Shown here one piece after another: positions 6,392 to 16,692 of a DNA stretch of 64,000 nucleotides. The stretch spans positions 64,001 through 128,000 of the IMG/VR virus record IMGVR_UViG_3300026549_000041; one strand, written 5' to 3'. A model generated the notes under the pieces. It saw only the letters and a program-made list of their open reading frames with translations. It ran no database searches and was not told the DNA's origin. The DNA is from a virus (Duplodnaviria; Caudoviricetes). Each line of letters opens with the position of its first letter. Position 1 is the stretch's first letter. The translations under genes were made by a program, and so were the position numbers.

Positions 6392-7168
6392 TTGAGTTGT
6401 GGTATATATAAAATAGAAAATAAAATAAGCAGTAAAGTGTATATAGGACAATCAATTAATATTGAAAGAAGATGGAAGAGACATATTTCTTCAAGTAAAA
6501 ACGAAAATAATAAATATTATAACAGTGAATTATATATAGATTTTAGAAAATATAGTATTAATTCATTTAATTTTGAAATAATTGAATACTGTGAAAATGA
6601 TATAAAAATTTTACACGAAAGAGAGAAATATTGGATCGAGTATTATAAAGCATTTGAGTTTGGCTATAACAATTCGTTTGGAGCAGGAGGAACAAACAAA
6701 TTATATAAAAATTATTTTAAAATTGTAGATGATTTAAAAGATAATTTGTTAACTTATAAAGAAATTGCTAATAAATACAATATCTCAATGCAAACATTGA
6801 CCGCAATTAATACTGGAAGAGCTTGGTATCATAATATCAAATATCCTATAAGAGAATCTCATAAATCAGAATATCAAAAAATACAAGGTAAAAATGGATA
6901 TTATAAAATATGTGAAAGATGCGGAGGATATTGCGATTCACATAGTCAATCGAATTTATGCAGAAAATGTTTTAATGAAAAAAAGAAATCGTCGTTTATA
7001 AATGAATCAAAAATTGAAGAAATGAAAGAATTATTATTAACAAAATCTTATGATGAAATTGGAGTAATATATAATATCACTGAAGCTGGCGTACGAAAAA
7101 GATGTAAAATAATGGGACTCCCATTTAGAAGAAAAGATTTAAAAGAATGGCGCTTAAAAAATAAATAA
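6392..7168 (+). CDS. GIY-YIG homing endonuclease with HTH/zinc-finger C-terminus
   Basis: CGIYKIENKISSKVYIGQS..RW..H, EREKYWI, GYN; probable TTG start at 6392. Confidence 0.9.
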   Translation: MSCGIYKIENKISSKVYIGQSINIERRWKRHISSSKNENNKYYNSELYIDFRKYSINSFNFEIIEYCENDIKILHEREKYWIEYYKAFEFGYNNSFGAGGTNKLYKNYFKIVDDLKDNLLTYKEIANKYNISMQTLTAINTGRAWYHNIKYPIRESHKSEYQKIQGKNGYYKICERCGGYCDSHSQSNLCRKCFNEKKKSSFINESKIEEMKELLLTKSYDEIGVIYNITEAGVRKRCKIMGLPFRRKDLKEWRLKNK

Positions 7169-7190
7169 AATAATTTTATTGTTATATAAT

Positions 7191-7260
7191 AGAGGTGTAG
7201 TTTAATGATAGAACAATGGTTTTAAAATCATAGATGTAAGTTCAATCCTTTCCACTTCTG
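7191..7260 (+). pseudogene. tRNA-Trp-derived pseudo-tRNA with 6-nt anticodon loop
   Basis: AGAGGTG/CACTTCT-G Trp-like body; ATGGT-TTTAAA-ATCAT; D-loop GG lost. Confidence 0.6.
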
Positions 7261-7323
7261 TTAATGGCTGTACTGCTAACAGTCATTATATTGTGTTTTT
7301 TCATAATAAAGTTCCTTTCAGAC

Positions 7324-7388
7324 AATAAAGTGGTGTAATTAGGCGCATAAGCTTCAGCTTGGAGTAGGTTCGATTCCTACCTTTATTG
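7324..7388 (+). ncRNA. tRNA-like RNA with truncated anticodon arm
   Basis: AATAAAG/CTTTATT-G; D arm; AAGC-TTCA-GCTT; perfect GTAGG-TTCGATT-CCTAC. Confidence 0.7.
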
Positions 7389-7449
7389 CTATATGAAAAC
7401 ACTAATCCTTTATTAAATAAAAATATAGAAAGGAGAATTAAAATGACAT

Positions 7450-7644
7450 ATGGAATGCAAAAACTGTGGCAAGAAAATAAACCCCCACAAAGCAATTGAA
7501 GAGTGGGATGAATCGGCATCATTTTATAGTACTAAATTATTGCGATGCCCACATTGTAAAAGTGTAATTGCCATTATTAAATATGATAACGAAATAGACC
7601 TTGACATTAACAATGATATAAGATATTATAAATATAACATGTAA
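7450..7644 (+). CDS. zinc-ribbon protein
   Basis: CKNC...CPHC. Confidence 0.7.
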   Translation: MECKNCGKKINPHKAIEEWDESASFYSTKLLRCPHCKSVIAIIKYDNEIDLDINNDIRYYKYNM

Positions 7645-7674
7645 ATAATATATAATAAGAAAGGAAAGAACAAT

Positions 7675-8418
7675 ATGTATGAAGATTGTCTAGATTCTAT
7701 AACAACTAAAATTGATAGTGCAAATTTATTTAAATTTAATTCTGTAACAGGAGAATTGATGACTTCTTTTAAACCAGAAGCATGTACGACAACTACTGGT
7801 ACATTAACTACTGGTACAACAAATAATACAATTAATACAATTAATACATTAATCAATAGTGTACCTTTTGTGACATTTGATTATTATGATTATGGAAGTT
7901 ATATTAAAGCTATAGACAAATTAAATAAAAGAGAGGAAGAAAAAATGATTAAAATTACAGATGTTGATGTTAAGTATGAAAAGAAAGTATTTGTAGATGA
8001 GACAAAACGAGATGAAAATGGTAATTATTCAGTAATCAAAAAAGAAGTTCCTGTAGCTACTATTGTATATTTTGAAAATGGTAGTGTGCAGACTGCTTAT
8101 TGTGATGAAGGTGATGAGTTCAATCTTGAAGTGGGTATTTCAATTTGCGTTACTAGAGAACTTATGAAAAGATTGTATGGTATTTCTGGTGAAACAAATG
8201 TTTATAACAAAGTTATTAGACAAGGAATGAAAGCTTATAAGAATCATTGTAAATTCAAAGAAGCGGCTAAGAAATACTATACTGAAAAAGAAGCTATTGA
8301 AAAGAATAAAAAGATTAAAGAGCAGAAGCGTAGAGAGAAGAGAGCGGCTAAAAAGAAAGAACGTGAGATTGAGATTCTTGCAGAAGCAATTAAAAGAGCT
8401 AACGCAGATTCAAAATAA
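7675..8418 (+). CDS. hypothetical phage protein (alternative start at 7945)
   Basis: Thr-rich N-terminus; TIVYFENG..CDEGDEFNLEVGISIC domain; basic coiled C-terminus. Confidence 0.7.
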   Translation: MYEDCLDSITTKIDSANLFKFNSVTGELMTSFKPEACTTTTGTLTTGTTNNTINTINTLINSVPFVTFDYYDYGSYIKAIDKLNKREEEKMIKITDVDVKYEKKVFVDETKRDENGNYSVIKKEVPVATIVYFENGSVQTAYCDEGDEFNLEVGISICVTRELMKRLYGISGETNVYNKVIRQGMKAYKNHCKFKEAAKKYYTEKEAIEKNKKIKEQKRREKRAAKKKEREIEILAEAIKRANADSK

Positions 8419-8461
8419 ATAACTATTAAATAAGTAAATATAATATTAAGGAGAATTAGTA

Positions 8462-9385
8462 ATGGATAGTAATGTAAAAGAAAATAATGTAAGACAGACA
8501 AATCTTAGACAGGCAGATGCGAAAGTTACAGTAGCTGGTATTGTTTCTGACAAGAAACTTGAAATGAAGACGGAAAATGGTGTAAGAACTATTGAAGGAA
8601 CTATTACAATTAAGACCTCTGACACTAATTTTGTCCAGATGAGAGTAAGATGCGCTGACAAAAAGAAAGATGGTACTGAGAATAAGACTTTTACAGGTGT
8701 AATGACTGTTATGAATGAATATAAGTCTATTGCAGATAATGGTGCTGATGAGGCTGATAGAGTAAGAACATCTGGTCAGATTAATCTTTTTAGAAATAAT
8801 AATAATGGCAATGAGATTGTAAGTTATACAAGTAATTTCTTTAATAGAATTAAGCCTAATCAAGACTATGAACCCAAGGCTGAGTTCGAAGTAGAAATGT
8901 ATATTAAAACTCTTGTTCCAGAGATAAATAAGGATGGAGAAGAGACTGGAAGATATAAGATTGTAGGATGGATTCCTACTTTCAATGGAATTGAACCTCT
9001 TGAACTTTTTGTTCCTGAAGAACTTGCTGATGTTGTATCTAATACCTATGAGCCTAAACAGACTGCTAGATTTTACGGTGAAATTGTTCAGAATGTTACT
9101 TATGAAACAATTGAAAGACCTATGGCTTTTGGTGTTAAAAAAGAAACAAAAGCAAACTTTATCAATGAACTTGTCGTAACTGGTGGTTCTCCTGCTTATA
9201 ATGCAGAGACTGAGGAAGAAATTGTAAAGGGTGGAAATCAGATTCCTTATAATCCAGACACTATTCAGGCAGCTATTGAGGAAAGAGACAGGCGAATTAA
9301 AGAAGAGCAGAACAAGCCTAAAACAAATACTGCTAATAATACAAAACCTTCTGGCGCTAGTAGAGGAAGACAGCTTGGTTGGTAA
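8462..9385 (+). CDS. SPbeta YorF-like putative ssDNA-binding protein
   Basis: LRQADAKVTVAG N-terminus, two OB-like halves, position before AAA ATPase as in the SPbeta yorF-yorG order. Confidence 0.65.
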   Translation: MDSNVKENNVRQTNLRQADAKVTVAGIVSDKKLEMKTENGVRTIEGTITIKTSDTNFVQMRVRCADKKKDGTENKTFTGVMTVMNEYKSIADNGADEADRVRTSGQINLFRNNNNGNEIVSYTSNFFNRIKPNQDYEPKAEFEVEMYIKTLVPEINKDGEETGRYKIVGWIPTFNGIEPLELFVPEELADVVSNTYEPKQTARFYGEIVQNVTYETIERPMAFGVKKETKANFINELVVTGGSPAYNAETEEEIVKGGNQIPYNPDTIQAAIEERDRRIKEEQNKPKTNTANNTKPSGASRGRQLGW

Positions 9386-9403
9386 TTAAAAAGGATATAA
9401 TAT

Positions 9404-9589
9404 ATGGATAATGAATATATAACAATCGTTTTTCAGAATGGTGATATTTGTCATTATAAACCAAATGAATATACAGATTATAGATATGACAGGAAATATT
9501 TTATTGTAATTAAAGATAAAAGATGGATTGGTTTTTATAATCTGGATTGTATTGAATATATTGAAATTGGTGCTGAACCTGAGATGTGA
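9404..9589 (+). CDS. hypothetical protein
   Basis: RBS, 61 aa. Confidence 0.65.
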   Translation: MDNEYITIVFQNGDICHYKPNEYTDYRYDRKYFIVIKDKRWIGFYNLDCIEYIEIGAEPEM

Positions 9590-9687
9590 TTGTAATGTGG
9601 TTAATGTGCTGTTATATATACTATAACGGCACATTTTAATAAAATAATAAATATAATTTAGTAAATAATATATAAGGAGATATTTAA

Positions 9688-10689
9688 ATGGATAATTTTT
9701 CGTTAGATGCAATTCTTAACCCTCCAGTTTCTAGAGTTCAAAAAAGTGTTGATGGTTTTATTATCAGTGTATACGGTAGAGGTGGTCTTGGAAAGACCCC
9801 TGTGGCAACTAAGATGCCTAAACCTTATTATCTTGCATTTGGTAAAAGCGGTCTTTCTGGTTTGAATAATGTGCCTTTTCAGTCTATTAAATCTTGGGCA
9901 GAATTTAAAAAGTTTGTTAAAGTATTTTGCGACCCTAAGAATTTTGAACAGATTCATCAGAATTTTGAAACGCTGGTTCTTGATGAGATGGAAATTTTAT
10001 ATTCCTATTGTGAGAAGTATGTCGCAAATACTGAAGGAGTAAATAAGATTAAAGAAGGTAACGGTGGTTATGGTTTGTGGGGTGATTTAAAGACCGAGTG
10101 GGAAACCGAACTTCTCAAAGTAATTGGTTCTGGTTTCTGCGTTGTGTTTATCCTTCATACTGCGCAGGATGATACTGGTAAGAATTATCCTGTTGGAGAT
10201 GCAAAGAGAATGCTTCCTATTCTTATTAATCATAGTGAAGTAATTGGTTATGTAAAGGGTAACGGTGTTGACCCTGATACAGGAAAACCTATCCATTCTT
10301 CTTTAATGCTTGCTGATACACCAGAGTGGTTTGCTAGAACTAGAAATGAATATTTTGACCCTATGATTGAAGATTTTACAGCAGATAATCTTATTAAAGC
10401 ATATTATACTGCGATTGATAGGCAGGAAAAAGCCGAAGGAGTTAAAGCTATTACAAGAGAAGAACGTGATTCTATGTTTGAAACAAAGAAGAGACCTTTT
10501 AATGAGGTGATGGATGAACTTCAAGAAGTTGGTCAGAAAGTTGTTGAAAAATATGGAAGTAAAGAAAAGCTTACTGAAGTGGTTGAGTCTGTTCTTGGTA
10601 AAGGTGCTCTTGTTTCTAACGCAACTCCCAAGCAGCAAGAAGCCGTAGAAGTTGTGCTTAGTAATTTGAAAGATCTGTTAGATGAGTAA
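9688..10689 (+). CDS. AAA_24-family ATPase (YorG/Sak4-like)
   Basis: Walker A GRGGLGKT, Walker B LVLDE, GGYG motif. Confidence 0.85.
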   Translation: MDNFSLDAILNPPVSRVQKSVDGFIISVYGRGGLGKTPVATKMPKPYYLAFGKSGLSGLNNVPFQSIKSWAEFKKFVKVFCDPKNFEQIHQNFETLVLDEMEILYSYCEKYVANTEGVNKIKEGNGGYGLWGDLKTEWETELLKVIGSGFCVVFILHTAQDDTGKNYPVGDAKRMLPILINHSEVIGYVKGNGVDPDTGKPIHSSLMLADTPEWFARTRNEYFDPMIEDFTADNLIKAYYTAIDRQEKAEGVKAITREERDSMFETKKRPFNEVMDELQEVGQKVVEKYGSKEKLTEVVESVLGKGALVSNATPKQQEAVEVVLSNLKDLLDE

Positions 10690-11968
10690 AGCTGGAATTA
10701 ATACAAAGCCTTTTAAATTTAAAGTTGGAGATATTATTAAAACAAATTCTGGAGAGGTTACTGTTTTAAAATTATCTAGAGGTTTTTTAAAACCTAATCA
10801 GCGTTGGTCAAATAAAATAATTAAATTCAAATGTAATAAATGTGGATTTATAGATTCCAAACTTGAAAGTGTGTTATTAAAAGGTAGTGGTTGTAAAATT
10901 TGTGGTGGTAGCAGAGTGGTTGCTGGATATAATGATATAGCAACCACTCATCCAGAATATGTTCATATTTTTTATAATCCAGAAGACGCTAAAAAATGTG
11001 CTATTTTCAGCGATAAAAAAGTTGATTTTAAATGTGAAAATTGTGGTAGTAAAATTCCACAAAAACATGTTTCAACAATACAAAGAGGGATAATTTTATG
11101 TCCTTTATGTAAAGATAAAATATTATCATTGGGTGAAAAAATAATGCGGGCAGTGCTAAAAAGAGCCAACATTGAATTTTTACATGATTCTTCTACTGAT
11201 TATTCAGAAGGAAGAAGATATGATTTTATTCTTTCTGAATACAAAACAATTATTGAAATTGATGGTATGCAACATTCAATAAAACCATTTGTTGTTAATG
11301 GAGAATGTGCAAAATCAATAGAAGAAATTCAACAAATTGATAATTATAAAGAACAGCTTGCATTAAAAAACGGTATTGAAAGATATATTCACATAGATGC
11401 TAAAGAAAGTGATTATAATTTAATTATTCAAAGAATAAAAGATAATCTAAATAATATTATTCCTATTGATAGTTTAAATTGGGATTTAGTTAAATTAGAT
11501 ACAATCAAACCTGTAGAAACTCGTTGCCTTGATTTATGGAATAGCGGTATGAAGAGCACCGTAGACATTAGTAATAAATTAAATCTTGGTATTACAGCTG
11601 TTAGAAATACTTTAAAAAGATATGCAGAACTTGGAGAATGTGATTATAATCCAGAAGATGCAAGAAGATTAGTTAATAAATCTCCAGAAGAAAGAAAATA
11701 TAATAATATTAAAGCAGTAATTTGTTTAAATAATTTATATATATTTGATAGAATGATATGGGCTTCTCGATGGTGTGGAACTAAGAAAGTTTTTGATAAT
11801 TGTAAAGGTGTTAGGGGACATGCAGGAAATCATCCATTAACAGGAGAAAAGCTTCAATGGCAATATTTAGATGATTATTTTACTAATCATCCAGAAATAA
11901 AAGATAAAAATAAATTTTATAATGAGCATGTTCAATTGCCAGTTCCAAGAGAGAATGGGAAGTTCTAA
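10682..11968 (+). CDS. zinc-ribbon + PD-(D/E)XK/DUF559-like free-standing endonuclease
   Basis: CxxC repeats, VVAGYNDIATTHP, RYDF...IIEIDGMQH, HTH, NUMOD1-like tail. Confidence 0.75.
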   Translation: MSKAGINTKPFKFKVGDIIKTNSGEVTVLKLSRGFLKPNQRWSNKIIKFKCNKCGFIDSKLESVLLKGSGCKICGGSRVVAGYNDIATTHPEYVHIFYNPEDAKKCAIFSDKKVDFKCENCGSKIPQKHVSTIQRGIILCPLCKDKILSLGEKIMRAVLKRANIEFLHDSSTDYSEGRRYDFILSEYKTIIEIDGMQHSIKPFVVNGECAKSIEEIQQIDNYKEQLALKNGIERYIHIDAKESDYNLIIQRIKDNLNNIIPIDSLNWDLVKLDTIKPVETRCLDLWNSGMKSTVDISNKLNLGITAVRNTLKRYAELGECDYNPEDARRLVNKSPEERKYNNIKAVICLNNLYIFDRMIWASRWCGTKKVFDNCKGVRGHAGNHPLTGEKLQWQYLDDYFTNHPEIKDKNKFYNEHVQLPVPRENGKF

Positions 11969-11999
11969 CAAGTAAATAAAACACACAGTCACAACGAAC

Positions 12000-12059
12000 T
12001 TGACAAACACAAAAAGCGGTATTAATGTATATAAATAAAAGCATAATACCGCTTTTTGT
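12000..12059 (+). promoter_or_regulatory. TTGACA followed by a perfect 15-bp inverted repeat (operator or terminator)
   Basis: ACAAAAAGCGGTATT (12009-12023) / AATACCGCTTTTTGT (12045-12059). Confidence 0.55.
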
Positions 12060-12092
12060 TCATAATAGTAAACATAATTAAGGAATAAAAAC

Positions 12093-12584
12093 ATGAAAGT
12101 AATATTTTTAGATATTGATGGCGTGTTAAATTGTGATACATCTAAATCATATTGCCATGATGATGTATGTGGAATAATTGTTGGTATTGATTCTGATAAA
12201 GTAAAAAGACTTGCAGAAATTGTTAATGCAACTGGAGCACAAATTATTCTATCATCAGATTGGAAAATTGGATGGAATAAATATTATACTGGTCGAAAAC
12301 CGTCTCATGTTAAATATCTTGATAATCACCTTTACAAAAAAGGAAAGCTTATTATTAAAGATAAAACGCCCGATATAAACAAAGGATGGAGTAGGGGTGA
12401 AGAAATTCTTTCATATCTTAAAGCACATCCAGATATAGATAATTATGTGATTTTAGATGATACTTTTTTTGATGATTTTATCATTAAAGAAATAGAGGAA
12501 CATTTAATATTAACAGATTACAAAGTTGGATTAACAGATGAAAATGTTCAATCTGCAATTAAAATATTGAAAGGAGCACTATGA
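12093..12584 (+). CDS. HAD-family phosphatase (HAD_SAK_2 type)
   Basis: KVIFLDIDGVLN, LSSDW, YVILDD. Confidence 0.85.
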   Translation: MKVIFLDIDGVLNCDTSKSYCHDDVCGIIVGIDSDKVKRLAEIVNATGAQIILSSDWKIGWNKYYTGRKPSHVKYLDNHLYKKGKLIIKDKTPDINKGWSRGEEILSYLKAHPDIDNYVILDDTFFDDFIIKEIEEHLILTDYKVGLTDENVQSAIKILKGAL

Positions 12585-12844
12585 CGCAAGAACAATTCGA
12601 TAGAGCCAATGAACTACAAAATAAAATAAAACATTTGAAAGATAAAAATAACGCATTTGAAAGAGTAATTGACCGTTTAAAAGGCACACAAATGCAAGAC
12701 ATTCAATTTCGATTAAACGATGCTTGGGTTGCGACTCCTATAGGAACTGTTGATTATGGTGATTTAGTTAATTTTTTAGTTCAGCAAAGATTTAAAAATG
12801 AAACAAAAATACAAGAAATACAAAAAGAATTTGAAAACATTTAA
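12581..12844 (+). CDS. hypothetical coiled-coil protein
   Basis: ATGA overlap, RBS. Confidence 0.7.
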   Translation: MTQEQFDRANELQNKIKHLKDKNNAFERVIDRLKGTQMQDIQFRLNDAWVATPIGTVDYGDLVNFLVQQRFKNETKIQEIQKEFENI

Positions 12845-12855
12845 AGGAGAATTAA

Positions 12856-13056
12856 ATGAGAGACCCAAATAGACTTGATAGTTTTTATTTTCAATTAAGA
12901 GAAATTCACAAAACCCAATTTCCAGATTGGAGATTCGGTCAACTTATGTCTAATTTTTTAGGATGGGTATTTTCCGAAAAGAAAATAGACCCTTTCTTCC
13001 CAGAAGAAGATAAGATGCTTGAATATTTTAAAGAATTCGCAGGAGTTGATTGGTAA
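12856..13056 (+). CDS. YihD/DUF1040-like small protein
   Basis: MRDPNRLD..PDWRFGQL..DPFFPEED. Confidence 0.65.
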   Translation: MRDPNRLDSFYFQLREIHKTQFPDWRFGQLMSNFLGWVFSEKKIDPFFPEEDKMLEYFKEFAGVDW

Positions 13057-13658
13057 TGCCTAGAGGTAGAAAAAGAGTTTGTCTTCTATGTGGTAAACCA
13101 ATAGAAGATAATAATGATTCAGTCCCTTATAAAGGACGATATGCTCATAGCGCTTGTTTTAGAGTAGCTGTTAAAGCGGTTCATGTGGATAAAACTGAAA
13201 AGCTCGAAGAAAAAGCAGAACAAAAAGCAAAAAAGAAAAAGGGGAGACCTCCTAAGCCAAAAGCAGAATTAAAAGATTCTATTACTGAAGAACAGTACAT
13301 TCAAAAAAAATTATATTATGATTATTTAAGAAAATTTATTGGCGATAAACTTCCTGCTAAAGTGTATGCAGTTACTGAAAAATATATTCAACAATATGAT
13401 TTCACATATCAGAAAATGTATCAAACATTAACTTACATGCATAATATTCTTGAAAAAGAATTTACTGATGATATAGTAGGTCTGATTCCTTATTATTATG
13501 ATAAAGCAGAAAAACATTATCATGCAGTGAAACAAGTTGAAGAAAATAATAAAAATAAAGATATTAATGGGATGTATAAAAATAAAATAATTTATATAGA
13601 CCCAAAACATAAGAAACGAAAACAAATTGATATAACATCAATTGGAGAAGAGGAATAA
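13056..13658 (+). CDS. YorH-like replication protein
   Basis: CLLC..YAHSAC zinc finger, GLIPYYYD, immediately upstream of helicase. Confidence 0.6.
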   Translation: MPRGRKRVCLLCGKPIEDNNDSVPYKGRYAHSACFRVAVKAVHVDKTEKLEEKAEQKAKKKKGRPPKPKAELKDSITEEQYIQKKLYYDYLRKFIGDKLPAKVYAVTEKYIQQYDFTYQKMYQTLTYMHNILEKEFTDDIVGLIPYYYDKAEKHYHAVKQVEENNKNKDINGMYKNKIIYIDPKHKKRKQIDITSIGEEE

Positions 13659-15278
13659 ATGTACGAAGCATTAACAGATAAAAGAGCATATGCTAATACA
13701 TTGGGGTGTTTAATGAAAGACCCTACCCTTGTAGAAGATATAGATAGACCACTTGATAGAGAAGATTTTAATACAGAAACTTTCTATGATTTATTATTTG
13801 TGGCTATTTATAATCTTAGTATGCAAGGTTGTAAAACAATTGATGAATTTGCTATTGATTCATATCTTAGCGGTTTTAAAGACCAATATAGAATATTTCA
13901 AGAGAATAGAGGGCTTGAATATTTAAATAATATCAAAGAATTAAGTAGTCTTGAGAATTATGATTATTATTATCACAGGCTTAGAAAATATTCATTGCTT
14001 AGATATTATGAAAAGCAAGGATTAGATACTAAATTTATTTATGATACTTCAGTAGATGAATTTCATGCTAATGAAGAACAGCAGAAATTTGATAATTATA
14101 CTGAACAAGATATTGTATCAATGGTTGAATCCAGTTTAGTTATCAATCCTACGATGAAGTATTGTACAAATACTCTTACCACTGAAGTTCAAGCAGCTGA
14201 TGGTGGTATTGAATTGATTGAAGATTTAATGAAAATTCCAGATGTGGGATTACCATTAAATAATAATGGATTAAATACAGTTGCAAGAGGTGCGAGAAAA
14301 GGTTGTTTATATATGAGGTCTCTCCTTCAGGGACAGGGGAAGTCGAGGTTAGCTGCTGGAGATGCCTGTAAGATGGCAGTACCTTATATTTATGATATTA
14401 AAAAGAAAAAATATGTTTATACAGGATTATCTGAGCCTACTCTTTATATTACGACTGAGATGCCAGTTGATGAGATTCAAACTATTCTTTATGCAGCAAT
14501 CAGTAAAGTAAATGAGGAACATATCCTTTATGGAACATACGAAAAAGGTGAACTTGAAAGAGTAAAACAGGCTATTGAATATATTGAATCAAGTCCTTTA
14601 TATATTGTTCATATACCAGATTTTTCTATTGAAGATATTAAAAATATAATTAAAAAATATAATAGAGAATTTGGTGTAGAGTATTTTTTCTTTGATTATA
14701 TCAGCACTTCATTGAGACTTATGTCTGAGATTAATGGTAAATCAAGAATGGGACTAAAAGAACATCAGTTGTTACTTGTGTTTGCTACAGAACTTAAAAC
14801 AATTGCACAGCAACTTGATGTATTTATTTTCACTGCTTCTCAGCTTAATGGTGAAGCACAAATGGCTACATATAAAGACCAAAATCTTCTTGCTGGAAGT
14901 AAAGCTCTCGCCAATAAATTGGATGTGGGCATTATTTCTATGAGACCTAGCAGGTCAGAACAGGATAAACTTGAAAGTATTCTTCAAAGAAAGTTTAATA
15001 TTCCTATGCCAGATATTGGGCATTGGGTATATAAGGTAAGAAGAGGAAGATTAACACATATTATTATTTGGAGTAAGACTAATCTTGGCACAATGGATGA
15101 AGAAGCATTATTTGTAACTGATTTTGATTTTAATCTTATTGATATTGATTTCACTCAGATTGAACAGGTAGAAGCAAAAATTCAAGAACATTCTGTATTA
15201 GCAAGCAGAGTAGAAGATGCACCAGTTGAAGAGGATGATGATGAACCAGTACAAACAAAAGCAACATTTGATTGGTAA
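13659..15278 (+). CDS. DnaB-like replicative helicase (YorI-like)
   Basis: GQGKSR Walker A, ITTEM, FFDYI, ASQLN, KVRRG. Confidence 0.9.
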   Translation: MYEALTDKRAYANTLGCLMKDPTLVEDIDRPLDREDFNTETFYDLLFVAIYNLSMQGCKTIDEFAIDSYLSGFKDQYRIFQENRGLEYLNNIKELSSLENYDYYYHRLRKYSLLRYYEKQGLDTKFIYDTSVDEFHANEEQQKFDNYTEQDIVSMVESSLVINPTMKYCTNTLTTEVQAADGGIELIEDLMKIPDVGLPLNNNGLNTVARGARKGCLYMRSLLQGQGKSRLAAGDACKMAVPYIYDIKKKKYVYTGLSEPTLYITTEMPVDEIQTILYAAISKVNEEHILYGTYEKGELERVKQAIEYIESSPLYIVHIPDFSIEDIKNIIKKYNREFGVEYFFFDYISTSLRLMSEINGKSRMGLKEHQLLLVFATELKTIAQQLDVFIFTASQLNGEAQMATYKDQNLLAGSKALANKLDVGIISMRPSRSEQDKLESILQRKFNIPMPDIGHWVYKVRRGRLTHIIIWSKTNLGTMDEEALFVTDFDFNLIDIDFTQIEQVEAKIQEHSVLASRVEDAPVEEDDDEPVQTKATFDW

Positions 15279-15290
15279 GGGGGTTAAAGA

Positions 15291-16418
15291 ATGCCATATT
15301 TAGATAAGGATGCAATTCTCAATTCACTTACTAAAGAAGATATAATTAAAATTTGTACTGAGATGGGAAGTCCTGAGTATAAAGAGGATTCTCAGGGGAA
15401 TTTACTTTTTTCGACAGCAATTTGTCATGGTGGTGATAGTCCTCATAAACTAATCTATTATACTAATTCTCACCTGTTCCATTGCTACACCTGTTCAGAT
15501 AGTTATGGAATAATTGAATTGGTTATTCGAGCATCAAGATTGAAAGGTCATAATCTTACATGGTTTAAGGCACTTGCTAAGATAGCGCAGATAACTGGTA
15601 AATCATATGAAGGAACTCCAGAAGAACCTACAAAAACTATTACAGATTTTGAATGGATTAATAGATTAAATTCAATTAAAAAGAATACTAAAAATGTTCC
15701 TAATCTGACAGAGATTAATGAGAATATATTAGAGATATTTTGGTATGTCCCTTATCAGGGATGGTTGGATGAACATATAAGTCGGGAAGCTTTATCAAGA
15801 TTTGAGATTGGTTACTATGGATTAACAAATCAGATTACCATTCCTCATAGAGATATGAATGGAAGATTAATTGGAATCAGAGGAAGATATTTAAGCGATT
15901 ATGATGCGCAAGTTTTTGGCAAATATGTTCCTTTATATATAAATGGAGAATTTTTAAGTCATCAATTAGGAAGTAATCTATATGGTTTGCATGTAGTTAA
16001 AGATAAAATAAAACAATGTAAAAAGATTATGCTCGTAGAAGCAGAAAAATCTGTGTTACAAGCTTATTCTTATTTTAGAGATGATAGCTTTGTAGTTGGA
16101 TTATGTGGATTTAATATCACTTTTACTCAAATTAAGATTATACTTAAAGAATTAAAAGTGGAAGAAGTAATAGTTGGATTTGACAGAGATTATGAAGAAG
16201 CAGATTCATTTGAAGCTACAGCATATTATCAAAAGATAATTAAAAAAGTAGCTCCTTTAGTACCTTACTGTAGGGTTTATCTTGTATTAGATAAAAAAGA
16301 TAGACTTGGATATAAGGATTCTCCTACAGATAAGGGGAAAGATACTTTAATAGAACTAATGAAAGAAAAAATATTAATAACTATGAAAGATGTAAATGAG
16401 GCTTTAGGTAAGACATAA
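15291..16418 (+). CDS. DNA primase (YorJ-like)
   Basis: CH..FHCYTC zinc finger, IPHRD..GIRGR, TOPRIM VEAEKS and FDRD. Confidence 0.9.
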   Translation: MPYLDKDAILNSLTKEDIIKICTEMGSPEYKEDSQGNLLFSTAICHGGDSPHKLIYYTNSHLFHCYTCSDSYGIIELVIRASRLKGHNLTWFKALAKIAQITGKSYEGTPEEPTKTITDFEWINRLNSIKKNTKNVPNLTEINENILEIFWYVPYQGWLDEHISREALSRFEIGYYGLTNQITIPHRDMNGRLIGIRGRYLSDYDAQVFGKYVPLYINGEFLSHQLGSNLYGLHVVKDKIKQCKKIMLVEAEKSVLQAYSYFRDDSFVVGLCGFNITFTQIKIILKELKVEEVIVGFDRDYEEADSFEATAYYQKIIKKVAPLVPYCRVYLVLDKKDRLGYKDSPTDKGKDTLIELMKEKILITMKDVNEALGKT

Positions 16419-16465
16419 GCGATATTACAAATAGAGATTTATTATTAGATTTAGGATATGATGAT

Positions 16466-16690
16466 GTGATTATATTTGATAATCCATCATATGAAGGAGC
16501 ATTAATTGGAGTTACTTGGGACAACCAAGCAGTATATGATTATGATTTAATGATTAAATCATTAATGAAAGAAGATAATATGACAGAAGAAGAAGCCGCT
16601 GATTTTATTAGTTATAATGCTTCTTATCGTCAAGGACATGAATATCCAATTATTATGGATAGTATTAAAAAATGGAGGGATTATGATTAA
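16466..16690 (+). CDS. hypothetical phage protein
   Basis: ALIGV..AVYDYD..MTEEEAADFISYN; frame open back to ATA at 16415. Confidence 0.7.
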   Translation: MIIFDNPSYEGALIGVTWDNQAVYDYDLMIKSLMKEDNMTEEEAADFISYNASYRQGHEYPIIMDSIKKWRDYD

Positions 16691-16692
16691 AT

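Noticed and set aside
7263-7287. Hairpin AATGGCTGT-ACTGCTA-ACAGTCATT as a free Ser(GCT) anticodon arm
   Set aside because: Loop register does not place GCT at the anticodon position and the RYAGCAA scaffold is absent; may be a processing or terminator hairpin.
5616-7388. Stop-codon reassignment suggested by CTA, TCA and TTA-like loops
   Set aside because: Long genes are uninterrupted in the standard code, and TAG, TGA and TAA all end genes (e.g. TAG at 5494 and 35813). None of these RNAs is a canonical suppressor.
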